A DNA stretch of 30,036 bases from a virus (taxonomy: Duplodnaviria; Caudoviricetes), in IMG/VR virus record IMGVR_UViG_3300044676_000865, positions 1-30,036 of that record; one strand, 5' to 3'. Under the pieces are notes generated by a model that was not told the origin of the DNA, searched no databases, and saw only the letters and a program-made list of their open reading frames with translations. This document shows, piece after piece, positions 9,501 through 17,202 of this stretch. The position numbers and the translations under genes were made by a program. Each line of letters starts with the position of its first letter. Positions within the stretch are counted from its first letter, which is position 1.

Positions 9501-12109
9501 CTTTTACTAAAGAAGTAGTTAGGAATGCTATAGACTCAAAATCTAGTAAAAGTATTATAGACGAGGCTATGTCAGGTTTTGATATTGATGCTTACAAAGA
9601 TGAAATTTTTGAAAAACTCCCTGAGTTAGTAGACCTTTATCATAATACCGTAGATAAAGATGATTTAAGTAAGGTATTAGAGTTACAAGATAATATTTTA
9701 AACAGCATATTAAAAAAAGAAAAAAAATCTTTTGACAATTTGCCTTTTGAAAAACAAAAAGATAAAATTATAGAGAGTAATAAATCTCTCGGAGAAATAA
9801 AAAGTCTTGTAAATAAAAATATCAGAGATTTAAATACACCTGAAGATGACTATTTTAAAAAGCAAAAGAAAGAATACTTCGCACAATTTCAAGCTAATTT
9901 TCGTAATTTTTTGAATCAAACAGAACGTGCATCTCACTATGATAAAAACTACACTGATAATAATGTTGGATTATCTGGAGTGGTTAGACAAGCTACTATA
10001 AATCGAAAATCTAGGGAGAACCCAGATTCTTATAAAAAACCTCCTATAACTACTACTGAAGAAGCTGTACAACAAATAATACAAAGACTTATTTTTGATG
10101 CTAATAAACGTGGCGTAAATAAGATTGTTATACCAAATTTTGATAGGATAGCAGCTGCAGATAGATACTCAGGGAAAAAACTTTTTCATGCTTTACAAAA
10201 CAAAAGTTATGATTCTGACACAGGTGAAATAAAAGATGGACAAGCTCTTTATAGAACATACGTTTCATCTTTAGAAAAAGTTTTACCTAAATTTGAAGAA
10301 GCTTATGGTATAACAATACACAGAGATGTGACATTACCTTATCTAAAAGATGGCATAGGAAATTTTAGTGAACGTGGTGGCGATCCTATTAGATTTAGTG
10401 ATAAGGGTATAATATTAGACATTACGAATATGAAAGAAGATTTTGACTTATCAAGACCAGCATTTGCCGAAGGAGGCACAATAATGAACAAACAAATGGA
10501 AATGGCATTTATGAAGCAGGGTGGCATCAAAGATGATGGCATGACAAAAGATCCAGTATCAGGTAATGAAATACCACCTGGATCTATGGCAACAGAAGTA
10601 AGAGATAATATTCCTGCTATGTTATCAGAGGGTGAGTATGTCGTCCCTGCAGATGTTCTTCGTTATTACGGTGTAAACTTTTTTGAAAATCTTCGTGGTC
10701 AAGCAAAAAATGGCTTGCAAAGCATGGAACAAAATGGTAGAATAGGTGGAACTCCAATGACTCAGCAGGATGTTGCACGTAATATGCAACAACCTATGGC
10801 AGCTGCTCAGGGAGCTATGATGCAATCTCCTATACGTGTTCAACAACAACCTGCTCCACAGGCTATGGGCAATACTATGCAGCCTGTGCAAGGATTTAAC
10901 TCTGCTAGTGTAGTAACTCCTAATCCAATGCCATCTACTGTAAATCCAGCTAATTTATATGCCAAAGCAAGTTTTCAAAATACTTCTTCTTACCAAAAAA
11001 ACTTAGCCCAAGCTCAAGAAGAACAAAAGTCTCAAGCAGTTACGACTATGGTAAAACATTATAGTAACAATGGTGACTCTGTAATGATTAGGTACGATCA
11101 ATTACCAGGTGGAACACCAACCCCTGCTCCAGGACAAGAATCTGAATTAGCTAAATATCCTATGACAGAGTTACAATACACAACCTACAAAAAAACTCAA
11201 CAACAGTCTCAAGGTAGTGATAAAAAACCTAATCCATTTGATAAACCTAAAGTTGACAGTATTGGACCTCTAGTAAATATTGGTGCAAGTGATGCTGTTG
11301 GCGTTGAAGATTGGGCTAAAAAAACTCTAGAAATAACTGGTACTAAAGCAGTCTTTAACAAATTTGGGCCAATTGGTAGACTTCCTGGTATTGGAATGCA
11401 AGCAAATAATATTGCTGAAGTACGTGCCATGGCTAAGTATAGAGAAAGTTTAGGTGGTGCTGATAATTTAGCTCTGGCAAAAAAATTAAACGATCAAGCT
11501 AAAGCTGCTATCGGTGATAACTTAGGTTTATTAGCTCTGGATCAATTGGGTTTAATGTCTGGAGAAAATATCTATAGAGATATGGTTGGATATACCCCAG
11601 GAGATTCAGGTCCATCTTTACCTAATGCAAGCAGTGGACAAACTAGAGAATATATGTTTAATGATGATGATGGTAATCCATTAACTGCTAAAGATTATAG
11701 GTTTGCTGCAGCATTACGTGGAGAATATGGATGGCAAGCTAGACACTTCGCTGTACAACAACAAGCTAGTATGAATATTGCTGCAAGAAATGCTGAAGAG
11801 GGTATTAATATTCCAGATAATACTTACTACGGTGGTGGAACACAAGGTGATGATAAAGATATAACTGATGACGATAAACCTGATGGTGGTGGCTCTGATA
11901 CTAGTAGCGAGGATTCAGATCCACCAGTTGTACCTTCAGGTGGTCCAGGAACATTTCAAGTAACGGATAATACACCTTCAGCTAATACTTTTGAAGGTAA
12001 TGAAGTAGACCCTACTATAGGTGGTCGAAACAAAGGTGGTCTAATGGCTACACCAAAAAAGAAGAAGAAACGTCAACCTAAGAAAGGTGGACTTGCAGGT
12101 AAAAAATAA
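6542..12109 (+). CDS. large multidomain putative internal virion/ejected protein (~1855 aa)
   Basis: Long open frame between portal and scaffold. GAGGG SD favours ATG 6542 over 6533. Contains a DELQSD module and a C-terminal IPAMLSEGEYVV module. Function inferred from position and composition. Confidence 0.7.
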   Translation: MEALKESLRPRPRPRIQTGKKTLRNRVVWSDETSEDPYSEITYTVPWGEGYAVIPTVDANGNKLSVPDALEKTLDKKLLTSSRNPLDFVTGEELPVFSTEEEANRYAQWRSDTMFDAEAIAKGFEIAPTQIFPDAPPPEVDNRSITNKVINKLNRFLAYTGVKSYKGEIEGFDEGALVEQRPMSFSGVAAPDTKGLSYSEIILDSIIGLENNYETGVEGIVKQFNQDRMGFLKTLGKTIYDETVDFISSPVDMQGLEKVNPMVAPELKVAEFGVNIANELKQAVERLSSQDLNTRLQSMFGVDYNNATDDQVSKARESVLGDGLIVAEVIPAVRAASKAVPGEVKADLMGQTRALLEGDIVEFSQTSSQPPKGVGANVPGMFPKRSDDGITSYLEEEALDPDFSLIDMDQKYGQYLPSGEAFVNTMRDDKLNLRSLSVDPYIPLLIDTLDGVDSDEYTISEAFDTITKDLKDVAKQRSSYYVPFLNDKDIKLEDVPSITDQQVNQFNEHGYYNFNRLTIDLGFGPKFKEIGEVTLPDVVTTDYFEQVQADLLFSIEKKIKKEIPELPFNKLARLVGLSNSDELLSDITKDQLATMNTYSEASTKRDFLDKQLTEFIIESGLLDGHYISDPRKYRRVTKNPINDSENFFDLDADAAFFADLTPRTTRVDANTGRTISETDPGKIIDGQRKYKFEAVFGAVTTENPLPLFNVTNNESFLINGIKESLKDYLRKLDLNQKTPQGDTLGEVSKVYTEDLIATEARRELISGPNTSTVKDLENIGKIVLLELGQSANKAVPGARVLEALENDPRIKNANIPPYFKSSQFKGRMVTPLEYEELADEYYKKSPAVTYPEEVSNNYDDFQRQDFNQNPNSGRFVGGNVVETYQREIIAEASPENRVPAFTVRNQQHYDDRGLAHTRYTEIEPIDVTDESAIRETYPELELRDLDTDLAKGLEDFESIINYENYFLVDELQSDLISRGYNVYKRIPFTKEVVRNAIDSKSSKSIIDEAMSGFDIDAYKDEIFEKLPELVDLYHNTVDKDDLSKVLELQDNILNSILKKEKKSFDNLPFEKQKDKIIESNKSLGEIKSLVNKNIRDLNTPEDDYFKKQKKEYFAQFQANFRNFLNQTERASHYDKNYTDNNVGLSGVVRQATINRKSRENPDSYKKPPITTTEEAVQQIIQRLIFDANKRGVNKIVIPNFDRIAAADRYSGKKLFHALQNKSYDSDTGEIKDGQALYRTYVSSLEKVLPKFEEAYGITIHRDVTLPYLKDGIGNFSERGGDPIRFSDKGIILDITNMKEDFDLSRPAFAEGGTIMNKQMEMAFMKQGGIKDDGMTKDPVSGNEIPPGSMATEVRDNIPAMLSEGEYVVPADVLRYYGVNFFENLRGQAKNGLQSMEQNGRIGGTPMTQQDVARNMQQPMAAAQGAMMQSPIRVQQQPAPQAMGNTMQPVQGFNSASVVTPNPMPSTVNPANLYAKASFQNTSSYQKNLAQAQEEQKSQAVTTMVKHYSNNGDSVMIRYDQLPGGTPTPAPGQESELAKYPMTELQYTTYKKTQQQSQGSDKKPNPFDKPKVDSIGPLVNIGASDAVGVEDWAKKTLEITGTKAVFNKFGPIGRLPGIGMQANNIAEVRAMAKYRESLGGADNLALAKKLNDQAKAAIGDNLGLLALDQLGLMSGENIYRDMVGYTPGDSGPSLPNASSGQTREYMFNDDDGNPLTAKDYRFAAALRGEYGWQARHFAVQQQASMNIAARNAEEGINIPDNTYYGGGTQGDDKDITDDDKPDGGGSDTSSEDSDPPVVPSGGPGTFQVTDNTPSANTFEGNEVDPTIGGRNKGGLMATPKKKKKRQPKKGGLAGKK

Positions 12110-12112
12110 TAA

Positions 12113-12136
12113 GGCTACTCAGCTTCGGCTGACCCC
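12113..12136 (+). promoter_or_regulatory. cUUCGg hairpin with CUAC/CC internal loop in the scaffold leader
   Basis: GG-CTAC-TCAGC-TTCG-GCTGA-CC-CC, followed by SD AGGAG (12143-12147) and ATG 12154. No U-tract, so not a classic terminator. Confidence 0.65.
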
Positions 12137-12153
12137 AACAAAAGGAGAAAAAT

Positions 12154-13053
12154 ATGCCTGAACTAGCAGAAGTAGAAACACAAAAAACAGCAGGATTTGT
12201 TGACAGAGGTTACAATCACGAAAAGAAACGTAGCCGAATGGAAGCTGAAGAAGAGGAGATCCGTAAACTTGAAGCTGAACAACGTGGAGAAGAAGACGAA
12301 GAGCAGCAACCAGAAAAAGAAGCTTCCAAAGAAAAAGAGGCCGATACAGAAGTTAAAGAAGAAACGTTATCTGCTGAAGAAAAATCGTTTAAAAAGCGTT
12401 ACGGTGATCTAAGACGGCATATGCAAGATAAAGAAAAGGAATGGGACGAAAAGTTTCAAGCCTTTGAGAAACGATTAGAAAAAGAATCTATAGTACCACC
12501 TAAGTCTGATGAAGATATAGAAAAGTGGGCAAAAGAGTATCCAGACGTAGCAGGTATTGTAGAAACTATTGCTGCTAAAAAAGCTAAAGAGATGTTTAGC
12601 AAAGCTGAAGCTCGTATGCAAGAGTTTGATAAGATTCAAACAGAAGCTGAAAGAACTAAAGCTGAGAGTGTTATACGTAAGTCTCATGAAGATTTTGATG
12701 AATTACGTGCATCAGAAGAATTTCATGGTTGGGCTAATGAGCAACCTAAGTGGGTACAAGACGCATTGTACGAAAACTCAGATGACCCTGCTTCTGTAGT
12801 TCGTGTTATAGACCTCTATAAAGTAGACAAGGGTCTTACTAAAAGTGCAAAGAAAGCAAAAGCTAAAAATGCAGCTTCTACTGTGATTAAACGTACTAAG
12901 ACACAAGTAGATGTAGAAGATGCAAATGACGCAATTCGTGAGTCAGAAGTTGCAAAAATGTCCGATAGGGAATTTGAAGAACGATCTGACGAAATCAACA
13001 AAGCTATCCGTTCGGGTAAATTTGTTTACGATGTATCTGGCAAAGCTAGATAA
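12154..13053 (+). CDS. capsid scaffolding protein
   Basis: E/K-rich coiled-coil protein upstream of the capsid gene; FKKRYGDLRRH motif; C-terminal helix INKAIRSGKF. Confidence 0.85.
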   Translation: MPELAEVETQKTAGFVDRGYNHEKKRSRMEAEEEEIRKLEAEQRGEEDEEQQPEKEASKEKEADTEVKEETLSAEEKSFKKRYGDLRRHMQDKEKEWDEKFQAFEKRLEKESIVPPKSDEDIEKWAKEYPDVAGIVETIAAKKAKEMFSKAEARMQEFDKIQTEAERTKAESVIRKSHEDFDELRASEEFHGWANEQPKWVQDALYENSDDPASVVRVIDLYKVDKGLTKSAKKAKAKNAASTVIKRTKTQVDVEDANDAIRESEVAKMSDREFEERSDEINKAIRSGKFVYDVSGKAR

Positions 13054-13058
13054 AACTG

Positions 13059-13086
13059 TTGACAAATCAATTTTCAGCAGTATAAC
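13059..13086 (+). promoter_or_regulatory. sigma70-type promoter upstream of the major capsid gene
   Basis: TTGACA (13059-13064), 16-nt spacer, TATAAC (13081-13086), within the 240-nt scaffold-capsid intergenic region. Confidence 0.7.
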
Positions 13087-13089
13087 TAT

Positions 13090-13252
13090 GGGTATATTGA
13101 CAAAAGCCTCATTTTGACTACCTTTTGTCATACTCAAATTCATAAAAAGTCTAAACTAAGAAGAACTACCTGGACAAGTATAGGCCCAGTAGTATTCGGT
13201 AGCGCAACCTAATACTGACTGCACCCTAGAAAACGTACAGCCCCTTTTAGAT
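13090..13252 (+). promoter_or_regulatory. structured 5' leader of the capsid mRNA
   Basis: Stem TGACAAAAG (13098-13106)/CTTTTGTCA (13122-13130). Long stem TAGG-CC-CAGT-AGTATT...AATACT-G-ACTG-CAC-CCTA (13181-13228). Outer pairing GTCTAAA (13149-13155)/TTTAGAT (13246-13252). Confidence 0.55.
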
Positions 13253-13293
13253 GTTTAAGCTTAATTCAAGCCAAATATCAGGAGGATTTTATC

Positions 13294-14367
13294 ATGGCTT
13301 TTACAACAGCAGGAGGATACGGTAACTTACCTAACGGTAACTTTTCTAGTATCATATACTCCAAAAAAGTACAACTTGCATTCCGCAAGAGTACAGTATG
13401 TGGTGACATCACCAATTCAGATTATTTTGGGGAGATAGCTGCCCAAGGTGATACGGTGAAAATCATCAAAGAACCTGAAATCTCTGTGTCGTCTTATGCC
13501 AGGGGTACACAGGTTAATGCACAAGATCTTGACGATGAAGACTTTTCTCTAGTCGTTGATAAAGCTAACTACTATGCTTTTAAGATTGACGATATTGAGG
13601 AAGCTCATTCACATGTCAACTTTATGGATCTTGCTACCAACCGTGCAGCATATCGTTTAGCTGATCAGCATGACCAAGAAGTTCTTGGCTATCTATCAGG
13701 TTACAAACAGTCTGCACTACACACCGATGCTGACACAGTTAATGACCAAGTAAATGGTTCAAAAGCTGTATCAACAGCAGGTTCAGACGAGTTGTTATCT
13801 TCAATGAAACTTATCAAGTCTTCATTTGGTAACATCACAACGTCTTCTGCAGGAGATCACTCAATTCCTGTAGCAGCACGTTTACCAGGTGCAACTGCAC
13901 TACCAACAGCAACTGTTTCTCCTGCGATGATTATATCACGCATGAAACGTTTGTTAGATCAACAACAAGTTGATTCACAAGGTAGGTGGCTCGTAGTTGA
14001 CCCAGTATTCATGGAAATCTTAGCCGATGAGGACTCAAGGTTCTTAAACGCTGATTACGGTGAATCAGGTGCTCTACGCAATGGTCTAGTACTGAACAAC
14101 ATGCATGGCTTCAGACTCTATACTTCCTCAAACCTTCCTCACGTAGGTACAGGTTCAGGAACTGCAGGTTCTGCAAACCAGAACACTAACTATGGTGTGA
14201 TCGTTGCAGGTCATGACTCAGCAGTAGCAACTGCCGAGCAGATCAGTAAGACTGAAACATATCGTGACCCTGACAGCTTTGCTGACATCGTTCGTGGTAT
14301 GCATCTATACGGCAGAAAGATTCTTCGTCCAGAAGCAATCGTAACTGCTAAATATAACGCAGCGTAA
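13294..14367 (+). CDS. major capsid protein (HK97 fold, podoviral)
   Basis: 357 aa, AGGAGG SD at 13280-13285. N-terminus GYGNLPNGNFS.IIYSKKV, GDTVKI, C-terminal DIVRGMHLYGRKILRPEA; position after the scaffold gene. Confidence 0.93.
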   Translation: MAFTTAGGYGNLPNGNFSSIIYSKKVQLAFRKSTVCGDITNSDYFGEIAAQGDTVKIIKEPEISVSSYARGTQVNAQDLDDEDFSLVVDKANYYAFKIDDIEEAHSHVNFMDLATNRAAYRLADQHDQEVLGYLSGYKQSALHTDADTVNDQVNGSKAVSTAGSDELLSSMKLIKSSFGNITTSSAGDHSIPVAARLPGATALPTATVSPAMIISRMKRLLDQQQVDSQGRWLVVDPVFMEILADEDSRFLNADYGESGALRNGLVLNNMHGFRLYTSSNLPHVGTGSGTAGSANQNTNYGVIVAGHDSAVATAEQISKTETYRDPDSFADIVRGMHLYGRKILRPEAIVTAKYNAA

Positions 14368-14381
14368 GGGGAGATTGAATT

Positions 14382-14873
14382 ATGGCTTTAGGTGATAATA
14401 CACTTCAGTCTGCTCGGGGAGCCAATGCTAACCCAGGTAGAAAACCCTACATGGTTCAAACTGTTTTGAATCTAGCAACTGCTTTGTCTGACAAAGGTTC
14501 TGCTCTTGCAGCATCTGATGTCGTTCCAGTAATTGCTGTCAAAAAAGGAACTATGATTCTTAATGCAGGTATGGAAGTTGATACAGCTTCTGACGGTTCT
14601 ACATTAACTCTAGATCTAGGAACAGGGGCTGATGCCGATTGTTTTGTAGATGGATTTGATGGAACATCTGCAGCAGGAGTTGTTACTCAAAACCCTGCGG
14701 CATTCCAACCATTAATGGCTGTAGCTGATGACAACATCGACATGACAATTGCAACATTGTCTGGTGGTGCTGTTACTACAGGCAAGATCCGAATTTGGGC
14801 ATGGATGATGGATTGCACAGATATAGGTAATGACGGTACTGCTAATGAAGTAGATCGTGATGCACTTGCATAA
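14382..14873 (+). CDS. putative capsid decoration/minor structural protein
   Basis: Beta-rich, A/G/T/D-rich 163-aa protein between the capsid gene and a terminator; GGGAG SD. Confidence 0.6.
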   Translation: MALGDNTLQSARGANANPGRKPYMVQTVLNLATALSDKGSALAASDVVPVIAVKKGTMILNAGMEVDTASDGSTLTLDLGTGADADCFVDGFDGTSAAGVVTQNPAAFQPLMAVADDNIDMTIATLSGGAVTTGKIRIWAWMMDCTDIGNDGTANEVDRDALA

Positions 14874-14880
14874 CTAACTT

Positions 14881-14905
14881 AGGGGGCAGGGAAACTTGCC
14901 CCTTT
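14881..14905 (+). terminator. putative intrinsic terminator after capsid/decoration genes
   Basis: AGGGGGCAGG-GAAA-CTTGCCCCTT hairpin with a GNRA loop and short U-run. Position is analogous to T7 Tphi. Confidence 0.65.
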
Positions 14906-14928
14906 AAGCTTATCTAAGGGATTTTTTT

Positions 14929-15660
14929 ATGGCAACTTATATAACATTAGTAAATCAGCTTCTTGTTCGTCTAAACGAAGTAACGTTAGACACTGCAGGA
15001 GATGGCTTTGCTACAGTACGTAATGTTCAAGCACTTGCTAAGGATGCTATTAATAACTCCATTAGAAATATAGTTCAAACAGGACAAGAGTTTCCATTCT
15101 TAAAAACAACAAATACACAGACATTAACAGCAGGTACTAGGCAATATGCTTTTCCTGCTGATTTTGCTTCTGTAGATTGGGATACCTTTTATATAAAGAA
15201 ACTAGGGTCTGTAGGCAACACACCTAGTTTTCTTCCTACAATATCTTTTGAAGAGTATACTCAAAGGTTTCGTGGATTAGATGATGAAGGTGATTCTGGC
15301 TCTGGTATATCAGCACCACAACGTGTATATCAAACATTAGAAGCAAAGTTTGGTGTTACACCTGTACCAGATAATAGCTACGTAGTAGAGTATGTATACT
15401 TTTCATTCCCATCAGATCTCACAGCTTTTAATGATACATCTGTCATTCCAGATAGATTTAATCATGTACTAATTGATGGTGCTATGATGTACATGATGCG
15501 ATTTAGATCTAATGATCAAAGTGCTGCTATACATCAACAAAACTTTCAAGACGGTATAAAATCTATGAGACGAGTACTTATGGATGATCCACTTGATGTT
15601 AGATCAACAGTAATACAAAGAAACAAATCATTCAGTAACACTATTAGCAGTATTGTATAA
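14929..15660 (+). CDS. tail adaptor / tail tubular protein A-like
   Basis: N-terminus TYITLVNQLLVRLNE, LTAGTRQYAFPADF, PVPD..Y, IPDRF motifs of head-tail adaptors; position. Confidence 0.75.
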   Translation: MATYITLVNQLLVRLNEVTLDTAGDGFATVRNVQALAKDAINNSIRNIVQTGQEFPFLKTTNTQTLTAGTRQYAFPADFASVDWDTFYIKKLGSVGNTPSFLPTISFEEYTQRFRGLDDEGDSGSGISAPQRVYQTLEAKFGVTPVPDNSYVVEYVYFSFPSDLTAFNDTSVIPDRFNHVLIDGAMMYMMRFRSNDQSAAIHQQNFQDGIKSMRRVLMDDPLDVRSTVIQRNKSFSNTISSIV

Positions 15661-17201
15661 TGCCAGATAATTTAGCCTCTTTTAAAGTCTTCTGTCAAGG
15701 AGGACTAAATACTAGCAGAGATGTGCTATCTCAGGGTGAGACACAGCCTGGATCTGCTACTGCACTTATTAACTACGAACCTGCTGTTACTGGTGGTTAC
15801 AGAAAGATAAGCGGTTTTAGTAACGATTTTGGTACAGTTACAGGCACAGGAAATGTACTTGGTGTTTGTGTAGTTAATGGTATAAATGATGGCATATTAG
15901 CTTGCCGTACTCCTTCTAGTGATCCTGGAAATTATTTTCACAAATGGAACTCTAGTTCTTCTTCTTGGGATGCTATTACAGTTTCTGGTTCACCTACAAT
16001 GTCAGGTGTAACCAAGGTTAGATTTACAAAGTATAATTTTAGTAGCCCAAAGGTAATATTAACAGATGGTATAAATCCTGCAGCTACTTATGATGGCACA
16101 ACGTATACTCAGATTACTCACGCTAGTGCACCTGACGATCCAAAATTTTCTGCGGTATTTCAGAATCATATGTTCTTGGCAGGTGATCCAAACGAAGACA
16201 CAAACCTATACTTTAGTGCTCCATATGCAGAAACAGACTTTAGCGCAGCAAATGGATCAGGTGTTATAAATGTAGGTTTTCCTGTTGTAGCAATAAAGAC
16301 ATTTAGAGATGCGTTATACATTTTTGGTACTAATAACATCCGCAAACTTGTTGGCAATAATATATCTAACTTTGTTTTAGAAACAGTTACTGATGATTTA
16401 GGATGCCTAGCTACAGACAGTGTTATAGAAATAGGTGGTGATTTACTATTCTTATCTCAAGATGGTCTACGTCCAGTGTCAGGTACAGATAAGATTGGTG
16501 ACGTAAATTTAGAAACAGTATCAAAAGATATTCAATCTATTTTTACAGATATTATTTTTGATATTGACCTTGAGGGTTTAAATGCAGTAGTAATTAGACA
16601 GAAAACACAATTTAGATATTTCTTTGCAGGTAGTGATACTCAAGGTATCATTGGTGGCTTTAGACAAACACCTAACGGATTACAGTTTGAATACAGCCAG
16701 ATGCTAGGTATTACTGCTACTTGTGCAGACAGTGGTTATATAGGTCAGAACGAATTTGTAATACATGGTGACAGTTCAGGTAAAGTACACAGACAAGAAC
16801 AAGGTAATAGTTTTGCAGGAAATAATATACTAAGTATATTTCAAACACCATTCTTTCATATGCAAGACCCAGAACAACGTAAGGTATTTTACACTGTAGC
16901 AACTTATCTAAGATCAGAAGGTGATAACTCAATTGTTATGTCGGCTGTGTATGACTATGAAGATGTAGATACTCTTAACCCAACAAACTTTAATTTATCT
17001 ACAGCAGGAGCAGCAGCGTACTATAACGAAGCTACATACAATAGCACTGCAATATTTGATGGTAATCCATCACCAGTACAAAGAACTAGTATATCAGGAT
17101 CAGGTAAATCAGCATCTTTCAGGTATGTAACTAATGACTCAGATGCGTCACACAGTATACAAGGTTTAGTGATTACATTTGGAGTAGGAGACAGGTTGTA
17201 A
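15660..17201 (+). CDS. tail nozzle / tail tubular protein B-like (beta-propeller)
   Basis: GGLN N-terminal motif, FQNHMFLAG, GCLATDSV...GGDLLFLSQDGLR; follows the adaptor gene with a TAATG overlap. Confidence 0.8.
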   Translation: MPDNLASFKVFCQGGLNTSRDVLSQGETQPGSATALINYEPAVTGGYRKISGFSNDFGTVTGTGNVLGVCVVNGINDGILACRTPSSDPGNYFHKWNSSSSSWDAITVSGSPTMSGVTKVRFTKYNFSSPKVILTDGINPAATYDGTTYTQITHASAPDDPKFSAVFQNHMFLAGDPNEDTNLYFSAPYAETDFSAANGSGVINVGFPVVAIKTFRDALYIFGTNNIRKLVGNNISNFVLETVTDDLGCLATDSVIEIGGDLLFLSQDGLRPVSGTDKIGDVNLETVSKDIQSIFTDIIFDIDLEGLNAVVIRQKTQFRYFFAGSDTQGIIGGFRQTPNGLQFEYSQMLGITATCADSGYIGQNEFVIHGDSSGKVHRQEQGNSFAGNNILSIFQTPFFHMQDPEQRKVFYTVATYLRSEGDNSIVMSAVYDYEDVDTLNPTNFNLSTAGAAAYYNEATYNSTAIFDGNPSPVQRTSISGSGKSASFRYVTNDSDASHSIQGLVITFGVGDRL

Positions 17202-17202
17202 C

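Noticed and set aside
13097-13134. Second TTGACA as an additional promoter
   Set aside because: No -10 hexamer at 16-18 nt spacing; it is better explained as the 5' arm of the hairpin.
13160-13250. tRNA or known riboswitch in the capsid leader
   Set aside because: No cloverleaf, T-loop (GTTCRA) or riboswitch consensus that I recognise.
14340-14400. T7 gp10A/10B-style frameshift or read-through from capsid into the next gene
   Set aside because: No slippery heptamer is seen near the capsid stop, and the downstream gene has its own GGGAG SD and ATG.
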